Sequence record: MZ475893.1
DNA: 64,000 bases
Reading direction: 5' to 3' (one strand)
The position numbers were made by a program, and so were the translations under genes. Positions 18,667-27,730 of the stretch are shown here, piece after piece. Under the pieces are notes generated by a model, which was given only the letters and a program-made list of their open reading frames with translations, was not told where the DNA came from and ran no database searches. The stretch's first letter is position 1. Each line of letters opens with the position of its first letter.

Positions 18667-19056
18667 ATGCCTAATTTTATTCGCCCTCCTTCATTACTCA
18701 AGTCAGTGCCTACGTCATCAACTGTGGAAGCAACTGACATTTTCGCATCACTCGCACCTATCAACAACGTAATTAACCTAAGTTCCGTTCAAGCTCTGCG
18801 CCGTGAGCAAATCGGTGCTGGTCATGTTGAACAGTTCTCTGAGGCTATTGGTCTGCATCCAGAAGACCCTGCTCCTGAAAATGATCTTGTCAACGTTCCA
18901 GCGATCACTTTCTCCTTTGCAGGAGACGCGTGTGAGACCTGGTATTTCTGCGGACCTGAACGTACCTTAGCTGAATGGGCTGTAGTGCGCGATGCCGTTG
19001 AACAATCTTTTGTTGATAATTCATACCATCATGATATGAACTTCGAAATCAACTAA
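18667..19056 (+). CDS. hypothetical protein
   Basis: 129 aa, GGAG RBS. Confidence 0.7.
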   Translation: MPNFIRPPSLLKSVPTSSTVEATDIFASLAPINNVINLSSVQALRREQIGAGHVEQFSEAIGLHPEDPAPENDLVNVPAITFSFAGDACETWYFCGPERTLAEWAVVRDAVEQSFVDNSYHHDMNFEIN

Positions 19057-19062
19057 CAACAC

Positions 19063-19088
19063 AAAGGGTGGCTTCGGCTGCCCTTTTT
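19063..19088 (+). terminator. intrinsic terminator
   Basis: AAAGGGTGGC-TTCG-GCTGCCCTTTTT. Confidence 0.9.
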
Positions 19089-19092
19089 CGAT

Positions 19093-19100
19093 CTGTAAAT
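19093..19100 (+). promoter_or_regulatory. CTGTAAAT motif
   Basis: Intergenic, 4 nt after terminator, 30 nt before ATG 19131. Confidence 0.6.
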
Positions 19101-19130
19101 AACTCGTATAACATCTAACGAGAAACTACC

Positions 19131-19532
19131 ATGAGACCTGAAAACATTTCACGCACCTATCGCGTCGGTCAGTCTGACCTGGAGAAAGCACACAATGTCT
19201 GCGGAGAGAACAATGTAACACTCTCAGATGTGGTGCGCAGATACATCGAAAGAATCGTACTGACTGAGGGTGAGTTCCTTATGAACGAGCGTAAGCACGT
19301 ACCTGAGCCCCAACTGAATGTACGCCTGCCCTTTTATATTGCGCACTCCTTTGCATCTGTGTGTAAGTCTCGTGGTACGTTAGCCTCTAAAACCATTCTC
19401 AACTTTGTCAAGAATATTGCTCTTTCCGGGACTATCCCTGAGGAGTTAAAGTATGCTTCTGACGCAGAGTTGCGTGCCTATATTACCTCAGAGCGCTCTC
19501 GCCTCGATGCACTGGAAGCAAAACTCAAATGA
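19131..19532 (+). CDS. putative tandem ribbon-helix-helix regulator
   Basis: RTYRV...TLSDVVRRYIERI and LNVRL...ASKTILNFV, two RelB-like RHH patterns. Confidence 0.5.
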   Translation: MRPENISRTYRVGQSDLEKAHNVCGENNVTLSDVVRRYIERIVLTEGEFLMNERKHVPEPQLNVRLPFYIAHSFASVCKSRGTLASKTILNFVKNIALSGTIPEELKYASDAELRAYITSERSRLDALEAKLK

Positions 19533-20368
19533 TTCTAACTAGTCCCATTCGCTATCAGGGTAACAAGCGCACTCTGATGCCTCTTATTCTCGAACATGCG
19601 CCTGTGAAGGATTGCGTTCGCATGATAGACGCATTCGGTGGTAGTGGTACTGTTGCGCTCAACATGCCTCACAAGTTTCGCATCTACAATGAACTGAGCA
19701 CGCCTGTGTTTGAGATCGTCCAGTTGCTTGCGCATCAAGACCCGAAGAAAACATTGGGTCAGATTAAGCGCATCGTCAAGCGTTTTTGTCTAACCAATAG
19801 CAGCCAAGACAACTACGACATGTTCCGCGCGTATGTTCAGAAGAAGCCGAGTCCGTTGTTCCATTACATCGCACACAGGCACGCACGCTCTAACATGCTG
19901 CGCTTCAACCAGAAAGGCATCTACAACGTGCCGTTCGGTGAGCGTGGCCTGATTGGAAAGTTCGATCAGCTTGAGCAGGAGCTGGTGCAGTTCCATGAAC
20001 GTATGCAGAACACGCACATCACCAACATGCGCTATAACCTGTTGCTCAAGTCTGTGTCAAAGCATATCGGACCGAACACGTTCATTTACTTTGACCCTCC
20101 ATATCTTGCTAGTGGTGCAATGCAATACGGTAAGTGGACTGAGCACAACGAACGCAACCTGCTGTCCGTACTTGAGTATCTGAATCGTCAAGGCTGCCCG
20201 TGGATGTTGAGCAACGTTCTCCAACATCGGCACCACACGAACGACCTGCTCAAGCGCTGGCTAAAGAAACACGCAACGACTGTCATCTATCCTGACAAGT
20301 CTTATTCAATGGCCAACTCTCATTCTGATAGTCACAGCACTATCGAGATTCTGGCAATGAACTACTGA
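19529..20368 (+). CDS. dam: DNA adenine methyltransferase (Dam/D12 class)
   Basis: RYQGNK, DAFGGSGTV, RFNQKGIYNVPFG, YFDPPY. Confidence 0.92.
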   Translation: MILTSPIRYQGNKRTLMPLILEHAPVKDCVRMIDAFGGSGTVALNMPHKFRIYNELSTPVFEIVQLLAHQDPKKTLGQIKRIVKRFCLTNSSQDNYDMFRAYVQKKPSPLFHYIAHRHARSNMLRFNQKGIYNVPFGERGLIGKFDQLEQELVQFHERMQNTHITNMRYNLLLKSVSKHIGPNTFIYFDPPYLASGAMQYGKWTEHNERNLLSVLEYLNRQGCPWMLSNVLQHRHHTNDLLKRWLKKHATTVIYPDKSYSMANSHSDSHSTIEILAMNY

Positions 20369-20375
20369 GGTACAA

Positions 20376-20762
20376 ATGGTCAAACAGTATTGTGCCGATA
20401 AGTACGAGGGGGATCTCGAGGGTCACCCTGTTGTGCTGCTGCTATCGTTTAAGATAGGTGGCCCTACGCCTATGCGAATCTCAGGACGTGACCTGTATCG
20501 CTATCTGGGCATAAGCAAGAACTACAGTAGCTGGGTAAACGACTCTATTGCCGACTGCGGTCTTGTCGAGAACTCGGACTATGTGATTGAGTGGTTCAAG
20601 TCAGATGCAAATGGTCATTCGATAGAACACAAATTCACACAGCACGCCGCCATTGAGATTGCAATGCGCGGACGGAGTGTATTGTCTAAACGTATTCGTC
20701 GATCTGTGTGTCGTCGAGATGGCTTCATTCGATTTGTAGGAGAACATAATGAACAAGATTGA
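20376..20762 (+). CDS. AntA/AntB antirepressor-family DNA-binding protein
   Basis: ISGRDLYRYLGI...YSSW...ENSDY...AAIEIAM. Confidence 0.7.
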   Translation: MVKQYCADKYEGDLEGHPVVLLLSFKIGGPTPMRISGRDLYRYLGISKNYSSWVNDSIADCGLVENSDYVIEWFKSDANGHSIEHKFTQHAAIEIAMRGRSVLSKRIRRSVCRRDGFIRFVGEHNEQD

Positions 20763-21213
20763 AGAACTGCGCAGCCGTCTTGCTGCTGCATTGGGCTTTC
20801 GTGTTAAGTCTTTAAACGGTGCTGACCACTACGTTGACGGCGATGATGTTCTCGGACTGGTCGAGCACTGGCTGCCAGATGAGCCTCAGCACATCCTTGC
20901 AGTTATTGAGCGTTATGGGCTGAAAGTCGAACGTATGGTCAAAGAAGGCACTCGCCCACGGCCTGGTGAAGAGCCTGTGTTCGTTTTCTGCGTGAGATCA
21001 AAGACTCTGGTGTATCGCAGCCTGTCTGAGAGTAATCTTGCACGCAGTAGTCTGCCTTACGTATCAGGCAACACCCTGACTGAGGCTGTTCTCCTGTGGG
21101 CTGTGTTACGTGCGGAGCGCATTGTTGCATATAAGGCCGACCCACTAATGTCTAGCGCCTACAACTTCGACAGACTGGAAGAGCTGGTATACATAACGCG
21201 GTTTGGAGAATAA
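20749..21213 (+). CDS. hypothetical protein (NinX/DUF2591-like, weak)
   Basis: W.P...VIERYGL...GNTLTEAV pattern. Confidence 0.6.
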   Translation: MNKIEELRSRLAAALGFRVKSLNGADHYVDGDDVLGLVEHWLPDEPQHILAVIERYGLKVERMVKEGTRPRPGEEPVFVFCVRSKTLVYRSLSESNLARSSLPYVSGNTLTEAVLLWAVLRAERIVAYKADPLMSSAYNFDRLEELVYITRFGE

Positions 21214-21214
21214 T

Positions 21215-21517
21215 ATGGATGCACCAGAAGGTACTAACTTAAAGCTGTGGTCTATTGCGAAGCGTATGGACCGAGTGCTTGAACATGTGGCAAGAGAAGC
21301 ATGGTTCGTGTCTGGCGATCCAAAAGACACCTGCGGCGCTGTTGCGTGGGCGGGTAACTTTGATGATGAGTCCTTGATTGCTCATATTGAAATGCGTGCT
21401 GCCCAGATTGAAGAACGCCGTCGATACACAACACGTATCAGACAAGGCTCTACTGCCTATACGGTAGCGTTAGAGAATCATGCAGACGCTATCTATGCTA
21501 AGTACGGTCGCACATGA
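21215..21517 (+). CDS. hypothetical protein
   Basis: GGAG RBS, ATG 21215. Confidence 0.65.
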   Translation: MDAPEGTNLKLWSIAKRMDRVLEHVAREAWFVSGDPKDTCGAVAWAGNFDDESLIAHIEMRAAQIEERRRYTTRIRQGSTAYTVALENHADAIYAKYGRT

Positions 21518-21822
21518 TGGACATACTGAACGTCCTTGATACACGCATCATTCAATATGAAGATCTTGTCTATGCGTTAGGCCGTAAGTATCGCACGTCT
21601 CAAGGACAATGGGGTGCGCTTGCCCCTTTCTCTCATACAGGTCAAGCTCGTAGGATATTCATTTCACGGACCCGTGCAGCCTATAAGAGTCTGCGTACCT
21701 GGGCGCAAGAGCCTATGAACATTGAAGTGGCTTACTATGAGATTCGTATATTGCTCAAGCATCCTATTGCGCAAGAAATAGAGCATCTGTCTGAATCTGT
21801 AAAGAAACCTAAAGCCATCTAA
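21514..21822 (+). CDS. hypothetical protein
   Basis: 102 aa, coupled. Confidence 0.6.
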   Translation: MMDILNVLDTRIIQYEDLVYALGRKYRTSQGQWGALAPFSHTGQARRIFISRTRAAYKSLRTWAQEPMNIEVAYYEIRILLKHPIAQEIEHLSESVKKPKAI

Positions 21823-21833
21823 TTGAGGTCAGT

Positions 21834-22577
21834 ATGGAACACGAAGAAAACATTGCAGATCGTCCTGACGTTATCGTTAACGGTTTTCAGTTCAACGATG
21901 CCAACACGAAGCTGCTGGCGTATGCGCTTAATCTCCATCGTCTGGGTGCAAAGATTGGTCCTGAGTTTTGGACGCAACACATCATTAGCGATGTTGTAGA
22001 ACAGTCCGATGACGGCTTCGATAAACTTGCAGGCGTAGACGAACCCACTCGTCCTATCACGTCTTCTGATTTGCTTATGCATCAACTGACCGTTGTGGGT
22101 CCTGTTATCACTCGCCGTGACTTCTGCCTGTTCGACAGCCTTGAGAAGTGCCGGAATGATGCCGCTATTGTTCTTGAAGCGCTGGGCAGAGGTCTGCTGC
22201 ATATGCATGGCTCAATGATTGAGATCTGGGCAATCACTTCAGGCAGTCCTGTTAAAGTTTTGACTGAAAAGCAGGTAAAAAGCCTGGGTCGTGCTACGCT
22301 GCGCTATCTCACCAGTAGTGCCAAGATGGACGAACAGGACGAGCGTGTGTCCGTAGCTACAGTACATGCCGACTCCGAGCCTGTGCTGATTCATGTGCCT
22401 ACAACGCCAGTCGATCAGTACGTGTTTAGCGGTAGCTGGACTCATGTGTCTCATCTCGGTCCTCGTGCAGATAAGCTGCGTCTGTGGTATTACAACCACC
22501 AGCTCACGCGTTTCCGTATGCAGCAACTGCTGAACATCTTCCTCACTCTCGATTTTCCCGAAAAGTTTAAGGCCTGA
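21834..22577 (+). CDS. hypothetical protein
   Basis: 247 aa, GAGG RBS; CTGTAAAG variant at 21797. Confidence 0.7.
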   Translation: MEHEENIADRPDVIVNGFQFNDANTKLLAYALNLHRLGAKIGPEFWTQHIISDVVEQSDDGFDKLAGVDEPTRPITSSDLLMHQLTVVGPVITRRDFCLFDSLEKCRNDAAIVLEALGRGLLHMHGSMIEIWAITSGSPVKVLTEKQVKSLGRATLRYLTSSAKMDEQDERVSVATVHADSEPVLIHVPTTPVDQYVFSGSWTHVSHLGPRADKLRLWYYNHQLTRFRMQQLLNIFLTLDFPEKFKA

Positions 22578-22579
22578 TT

Positions 22580-22924
22580 ATGTCTATTGCGCTCGTTGTA
22601 GAAATGAATCATGTGGAACAGATTGACACTGGTTATGAAAACAGTCCTATCTTCCGCATTCAGTACATCGCAGATAAATCCGTAGCTCCTGCTGATTACA
22701 TCCGCGACAAGCTCGTACCGAAAGCATTCCCGTTCGGTGTGGACAGAGCAGTAGTGCAAGGCCATGACTATATGGTGCTTACTGCTATCATCGACGGTAC
22801 TGAGCACGATGTTTGTCCTGGCGATCTGCTTGTCTATCACGTTGGTGGTCGTGTGACGTATATCGCAGGCGCCACCAAAGACTGTCTCGTAATCAACGGA
22901 GACGGAACAATTGTCATCAGTTAA
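22580..22924 (+). CDS. hypothetical protein
   Basis: 114 aa. Confidence 0.65.
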   Translation: MSIALVVEMNHVEQIDTGYENSPIFRIQYIADKSVAPADYIRDKLVPKAFPFGVDRAVVQGHDYMVLTAIIDGTEHDVCPGDLLVYHVGGRVTYIAGATKDCLVINGDGTIVIS

Positions 22925-23309
22925 TCAGTTACGTGATCAATTGACCGAAGCTGAATACGCAGAACTTGAGCGCAAGACAGCACGGTCAATCATGGAACAA
23001 GTGTGGGCACTACGCGGCTGGACGGTTAAGCTCGACTGGTGCAACTATATGTGCGACGACGTTGATTGGTTATTCCATGGTAATGAACGTAAAGCACCGG
23101 TTGATCACGCTATGCCGAATTCTGGTGTTGGCACTAGCATTGAGCAGCATCGCCTTAATGTCGTGTTTACTCCTACTGAGGTTAGCGTTACGAACTCACT
23201 GGTAGACAGCCCTGTCACGGGCACTGGTATGTCACTGCGCTGTGCTTACTGCGCGTGGCTTTTAGAAATCGAAAAACAAAAGGCTGCCAATGCGCTGCAA
23301 TCTGACTGA
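22911..23309 (+). CDS. hypothetical protein
   Basis: 132 aa, overlapping neighbours. Confidence 0.55.
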   Translation: MSSVNQLRDQLTEAEYAELERKTARSIMEQVWALRGWTVKLDWCNYMCDDVDWLFHGNERKAPVDHAMPNSGVGTSIEQHRLNVVFTPTEVSVTNSLVDSPVTGTGMSLRCAYCAWLLEIEKQKAANALQSD

Positions 23310-23805
23310 ACTGCCTATCAAACTCGATCAGGCTGAAAACATTATGGGCAGCGTGTTTGCGCTTGCTGCTGGCTCCAAGTCCAAACGCCGTGCTACTGCG
23401 GCAATGCTCATTCACTTCCATGAAGGCTACCCTACTATTATCAGTAGTGGTGTCAATGGCACTGTGCCTGGTGAGAGCAACGTGTGTGAGAACGAAGACC
23501 TCACTCTGACGTTTGCACACGTTACACACGCAGAAGCTAACTGCCTCAATCGCATGGATGAATACAGTCTATGGCCAGAAGAAGAGGACATCCTGTTCTG
23601 CACTGACAGTCCATGTCCTGATTGTTTGCAGCAACTCGAATCTGCTGGTGTGCAGACCATCATTTATGCGCGTGAATACAGACTCACAGAGCATCTGGAT
23701 AAGTCTGCTATTCGCATGTATTGTCTCGATATTGAGAACGTGCGGGCGTCTTTGCTGAAATCTGTAAATCGTATAGACGAAGTGATTGCAACCACACCTA
23801 CTTAA
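23290..23805 (+). CDS. dCMP deaminase-like zinc-dependent deaminase
   Basis: SGVNG, HAEANC, TDSPCPDC, IIYAREY. Confidence 0.88.
   Translation: MRCNLTELPIKLDQAENIMGSVFALAAGSKSKRRATAAMLIHFHEGYPTIISSGVNGTVPGESNVCENEDLTLTFAHVTHAEANCLNRMDEYSLWPEEEDILFCTDSPCPDCLQQLESAGVQTIIYAREYRLTEHLDKSAIRMYCLDIENVRASLLKSVNRIDEVIATTPT
23762..23769 (+). promoter_or_regulatory. CTGTAAAT motif
   Basis: 53 nt before ATG 23823. Confidence 0.45.
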
Positions 23806-23822
23806 ATACCATAAGGATTGTC

Positions 23823-24503
23823 ATGATGGACAAGAATCTGACTATTGAGTTTTTTGCTCCCCGTATTGAAGGAAAGACAGTGCATGTTGGACCTAAGCCT
23901 GTCGATGCACCTTCTTGGGAAGAGCAAATGGCTACTGTGTCTGGTGAGCCTACTGCACAGATGCGCCAGCGTGCGTTTGACCGATTGGATAAGGAATTCA
24001 AATTCACTATTCAAGACATTGCAGATTCTTTGGACTGTCGTGACAATCCTTCCAGTCCTACAGGGCGTATTCAAGACCCGTATCGTCCGCGTCTGCAAAA
24101 CATCAATCTTCGTCCTGAACAGGCCGCAGTGCTACGTGAAGTAGTGAGTCCGCCGCGTTACATGGGTGGCATGCCTGTTGAGTTAATGCAGGGAACTGAG
24201 TCTTCTCTTAATGCACGCGCTCTCTTTGAGCATACCAAAGAGCATTTTCGTAAGGAAGGACCTATCGTTACGATTGATAGTATCCCTGTTGAGTTCACAC
24301 AGAAAGGTGATGACAGTATCGTCATTGCAGAAGATAAGATCGGTCAACAGGCGTTGGGACGCACGCTTCGTATCGATTATGAAACACGTTCTGACTGGTC
24401 GATGAATCGAACCAACCGCGCTGCAACGCCTGCTAAGAGCCGCAGCAAACTTCGCGCAAAGAGCCGTGCTCAAAAGCAAGCACGCAAGCGCCAAAGAGGA
24501 TAA
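23823..24503 (+). CDS. hypothetical protein with basic C-terminal tail
   Basis: 226 aa, AAGGA RBS. Confidence 0.7.
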   Translation: MMDKNLTIEFFAPRIEGKTVHVGPKPVDAPSWEEQMATVSGEPTAQMRQRAFDRLDKEFKFTIQDIADSLDCRDNPSSPTGRIQDPYRPRLQNINLRPEQAAVLREVVSPPRYMGGMPVELMQGTESSLNARALFEHTKEHFRKEGPIVTIDSIPVEFTQKGDDSIVIAEDKIGQQALGRTLRIDYETRSDWSMNRTNRAATPAKSRSKLRAKSRAQKQARKRQRG

Positions 24504-24508
24504 TAACA

Positions 24509-25006
24509 ATGAGCGACATTAATCAATTACGCCGCAACTGGTTACAGTCTATGGACGTGCCCGAAGAGCTGGTGGACAAAGTATGCGGCACAGACATTGA
24601 ACAGCAAGATCTGTTTGAGCGTCTGAGCGCACAGCAACAACGCAAAGTAACGATCGGCCTTGCGCTGCTCCATCTGCAAGTGCCTGATGAAATTCGTTTC
24701 GATTTGCTCACCAATCATCTGGACCAGACTGAACGTTTGGTCAAAGAGCAATTCGAAGAACTGGCAGCACGTCTCGTCAATCAAGTGACGCAGACGGGTT
24801 CACCAGAGAAGCAATCAATGACAGGCGGTGTTCGTTTAGCAATGCTGATGAACATCCTTGGCTTTGATGATACCACGCTACACGGTATCATGTCGAACCC
24901 CAGCTTGATGCGTCAGGCGGGCCTTGTTGCTATGACTGGCCTTCAAGATATGGGACAGAAAATACAGCAACTTTACGACGGAAATAAAAGCAATGAGCCA
25001 AAATGA
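24509..25006 (+). CDS. hypothetical protein
   Basis: 165 aa, GAGG RBS. Confidence 0.7.
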   Translation: MSDINQLRRNWLQSMDVPEELVDKVCGTDIEQQDLFERLSAQQQRKVTIGLALLHLQVPDEIRFDLLTNHLDQTERLVKEQFEELAARLVNQVTQTGSPEKQSMTGGVRLAMLMNILGFDDTTLHGIMSNPSLMRQAGLVAMTGLQDMGQKIQQLYDGNKSNEPK

Positions 25007-25130
25007 ATTAGACGATTTCGACATTCCTGATCTGGACGAAGCTGAGCAACGCGCAGAAGCTAAGCGTGATGGTGGCGGGGAAGTTGTCGAAGCATCTGAT
25101 GAATGTGAAGGCGGCGCCTGCAAAATCTAA
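24993..25130 (+). CDS. 45-aa acidic peptide ending in NrdA-like redox tail (ECEGGACKI)
   Basis: Translated by hand: MSQNELDDFDIPDLDEAEQRAEAKRDGGGEVVEASDECEGGACKI*; followed by a terminator; below the ORF track length cut-off. Confidence 0.75.
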   Translation: MSQNELDDFDIPDLDEAEQRAEAKRDGGGEVVEASDECEGGACKI

Positions 25131-25133
25131 TTC

Positions 25134-25160
25134 ATGGGGCCTCGTGCCCCATTTCTGTTT
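25134..25160 (+). terminator. intrinsic terminator
   Basis: ATGGGGC-CTCGT-GCCCCAT-TTCTGTTT. Confidence 0.7.
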
Positions 25161-25174
25161 CTCGGAGAGATGCT

Positions 25175-25630
25175 ATGTCTATTTTATATTCCAACCTTAC
25201 GCCCAATGAGCGTGACAATTTTCGTGCGCATATTCACCAGTGGTATCAGTTGAGCACCCAGAAGTCTGCATATCTCGATCTGATGGATCGTGTTGATGAA
25301 ATTCTCGGCAATATTGTCATGGAGTTTGCCAACATGCAGGTTGCGGACACTACTCAGATTCGCATCGACCTTGCGCTGGAAGAGTGGGCTGCTAAATATC
25401 CTAAATGCATTGCGTTTCGTGACCGTTCTGCCTTCTGGGTGAAAGTCTCATTCAAAGAGTGGTTGAATAACACAACCCTATATGTGGAGCGTTCTCATTC
25501 GTTGCGTGATCTGAGTGCAGGTACTTGTTATGGCGTTGATGTGGTAGACACTCACGATTGGCCAGATAGTATCTTGGTCAAGACCTACCAAGATATAGAA
25601 CAACATAAAATTCGACGAGGTGCTCGCTGA
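25175..25630 (+). CDS. hypothetical protein
   Basis: 151 aa, GGAG RBS. Confidence 0.7.
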   Translation: MSILYSNLTPNERDNFRAHIHQWYQLSTQKSAYLDLMDRVDEILGNIVMEFANMQVADTTQIRIDLALEEWAAKYPKCIAFRDRSAFWVKVSFKEWLNNTTLYVERSHSLRDLSAGTCYGVDVVDTHDWPDSILVKTYQDIEQHKIRRGAR

Positions 25631-26160
25631 TGGAGATCGGCTATCGCTGTGTCAACTGTCGCCACGTCTATCAAGACATTATCGGCAAGTGTGACTGCAA
25701 CAACGACAAGTTCGTGTTCAAGCGTGTTGCAATCATCGACGTGCCTGATGAGGAAGAAAAGATTCCTCAACTGAATGAGCTGCACCATTCGCGCGGCCCT
25801 CGTTTCGTCAACTACCGCAATGGCAGTTCTTGGAATGGCGTGTACGAGTATCAAGGCCTGCATGAGAACGGGCGACCTCGCGTAGGCATTCTCGGTAATA
25901 TGGGTAGCAGCTACGACCACGTAGAAATGTCTAAACAGTTCGGTGATCGTAATATGCAGTCTAACTGTGTGTTGGCTGCTGCTAGTCCTGAGTTGCTGGA
26001 AGTTGCCTACATGTGCTACAACTATTTCAATACGAAGCGCAAGGTACAGGGCAACAGTCCTAAAACTGAAATGCGTATCAAACTAATCGCGCAGGCTATC
26101 CATGCTGCGACTGACCTCTCCGTCTACAAGGAACCGCAAGATGCTCCAGTATCTAAGTGA
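25630..26160 (+). CDS. hypothetical protein with N-terminal Cys cluster
   Basis: CVNC...CDC at N-terminus; GAGG RBS. Confidence 0.7.
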   Translation: MEIGYRCVNCRHVYQDIIGKCDCNNDKFVFKRVAIIDVPDEEEKIPQLNELHHSRGPRFVNYRNGSSWNGVYEYQGLHENGRPRVGILGNMGSSYDHVEMSKQFGDRNMQSNCVLAAASPELLEVAYMCYNYFNTKRKVQGNSPKTEMRIKLIAQAIHAATDLSVYKEPQDAPVSK

Positions 26161-26782
26161 CCCGCATTTTATGACGCGCTTTCTGTGCGCTGTAATTCTG
26201 ATTATCGTTGCCTATCTGATTTGGCAGAAGTTGAAGATCAGACGCGCAGAGAGCATGAACAACTACCGTGCCTCGTTGGCGGTACGTGCAGGTGATTTCA
26301 ATTTCGGTCGCTGCTGGCGTCACCGTAGTTCAGGCCGTGATTACGTTATACTGTGGATGACCAACCTGACTGCTAACAAGCAGGGCTGGGAAGTTATGGT
26401 GACGTACACGAACAACCATCGCGATCTGTACACGCGTCCTGTGTCGCAGTTCTACGCTAAGTTCCGTCGTATGCCTGACTCTGATAGCGTGAAAGACCTA
26501 TCGTTGTCTGAGTTGCTTACTCTGGCTACTGCTAACTGTAAGATGCGCGTACCACTTGCTGGTGAGACGTGGGTTCGTGAAACATCGCTGAATCTTAATG
26601 GAACTGAGGGTTCGTCAATCACAGAAGCCACAATCACTGACGTGCTGGCGCTCGACACGTCTCGTCCTGTTGTCACGTATACTGTAAATGGTAAACACAC
26701 AGCAATGCTGATGTATGTTTTCCTCGCTGATTTCAAACTAAAGGAAGTGCAACGTGAGCAACAACCAAAAGTTACCGCCTAA
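26141..26782 (+). CDS. membrane-anchored DUF1653-like protein
   Basis: N-terminal TM; WRHRSSGRDY...VTY...LYTRPVSQFYAKF; second similar repeat downstream. Confidence 0.6.
   Translation: MLQYLSDPHFMTRFLCAVILIIVAYLIWQKLKIRRAESMNNYRASLAVRAGDFNFGRCWRHRSSGRDYVILWMTNLTANKQGWEVMVTYTNNHRDLYTRPVSQFYAKFRRMPDSDSVKDLSLSELLTLATANCKMRVPLAGETWVRETSLNLNGTEGSSITEATITDVLALDTSRPVVTYTVNGKHTAMLMYVFLADFKLKEVQREQQPKVTA
26682..26689 (+). promoter_or_regulatory. CTGTAAAT motif
   Basis: 64 nt before start 26754. Confidence 0.4.
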
Positions 26783-27110
26783 CGTTTTCAAATACGTGAT
26801 GTTCTTGTGGATCAAAGACGAGCGCACGAACAAAGATCGCACGCATATCCCTATAATCTTCCCACGTCATATCATGCACAGTGATATGGGCGATGAGATG
26901 CGCGGCTATGCGATAAACAACGGTTTCGTGGAGAATCGTTATCACCAGACAATGGAACCTGTTAGCGCAGGCTTTGTTGATCTTAACACTCTGTCGTGCT
27001 TCGGCGAATCCGAGTCTATGGAACTCAAGTCTCGTTCAGAAGAAGACAGCCTAATCCTTCGTGAGTATTTCAAAGATGATGGAAAACTTCCTGAAGTACC
27101 TGTGGAGTGA
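26754..27110 (+). CDS. hypothetical protein
   Basis: 118 aa, GTG start. Confidence 0.6.
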   Translation: MSNNQKLPPNVFKYVMFLWIKDERTNKDRTHIPIIFPRHIMHSDMGDEMRGYAINNGFVENRYHQTMEPVSAGFVDLNTLSCFGESESMELKSRSEEDSLILREYFKDDGKLPEVPVE

Positions 27111-27414
27111 TGCGTTCTGGTCCTCTCCTGCCTCTGCGTTCGCGCCTGCTGTTGTAATCATCTCATGGTTTGTGTTCTGTGAGATTCGTGAACGCCGTGC
27201 ATTACGTGCAGCACAGCGCGTTGTAGCAAGCGGCTGGGAGCCTGTTGAACACGCCACTTATCAACACAAATGGCTTCCGTGGGTGAAGTGCTATGTCATG
27301 TTCTACACTGTCAGTCTGAATGATAAGTTCATGCCTGCTGTGTATGTACTGATAGGCAAGCACAGTTCTGAAATCCCCATGCACAAATTCCATTCTCGTT
27401 GGAGTTTAGTATGA
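27076..27414 (+). CDS. hypothetical membrane-anchored protein
   Basis: One TM segment. Confidence 0.55.
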   Translation: MMENFLKYLWSDAFWSSPASAFAPAVVIISWFVFCEIRERRALRAAQRVVASGWEPVEHATYQHKWLPWVKCYVMFYTVSLNDKFMPAVYVLIGKHSSEIPMHKFHSRWSLV

Positions 27415-27728
27415 CACCTCTTATTATGTTTGACGCACGGACCATTCGTGTGCTCAAGCAAAGTTTCGGTCAGGACAAGCCTTTTGTTGTTGCCGGGCTA
27501 AACCCAATAGTTGGCAACAAAGGTGATCGTGTTACTCTCGCTAATGCCTGTAGCGTAGTCGCCATCCCTCGTGTGATGGGACTTGAAGTAGGCCAAGTGC
27601 TTTACGTAGGCACGGATGATGAAGTCTACGCATGGCCTTCTGATATGGTGATGGAATTTGCTTCTGTCTCTGATAACCAAACTCGGACCATTGCTTATGC
27701 ATTGCGTCCAATACTTTCGGATGATTAA
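27411..27728 (+). CDS. hypothetical protein
   Basis: GGAG RBS, ATG 27411. Confidence 0.6.
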   Translation: MTPLIMFDARTIRVLKQSFGQDKPFVVAGLNPIVGNKGDRVTLANACSVVAIPRVMGLEVGQVLYVGTDDEVYAWPSDMVMEFASVSDNQTRTIAYALRPILSDD

Positions 27729-27730
27729 AA

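Noticed and set aside
24878-25123. 81-aa minus-strand Ser-rich ORF
   Set aside because: Antisense shadow of the + strand NrdA-tail peptide and its neighbour; no RBS or motif.
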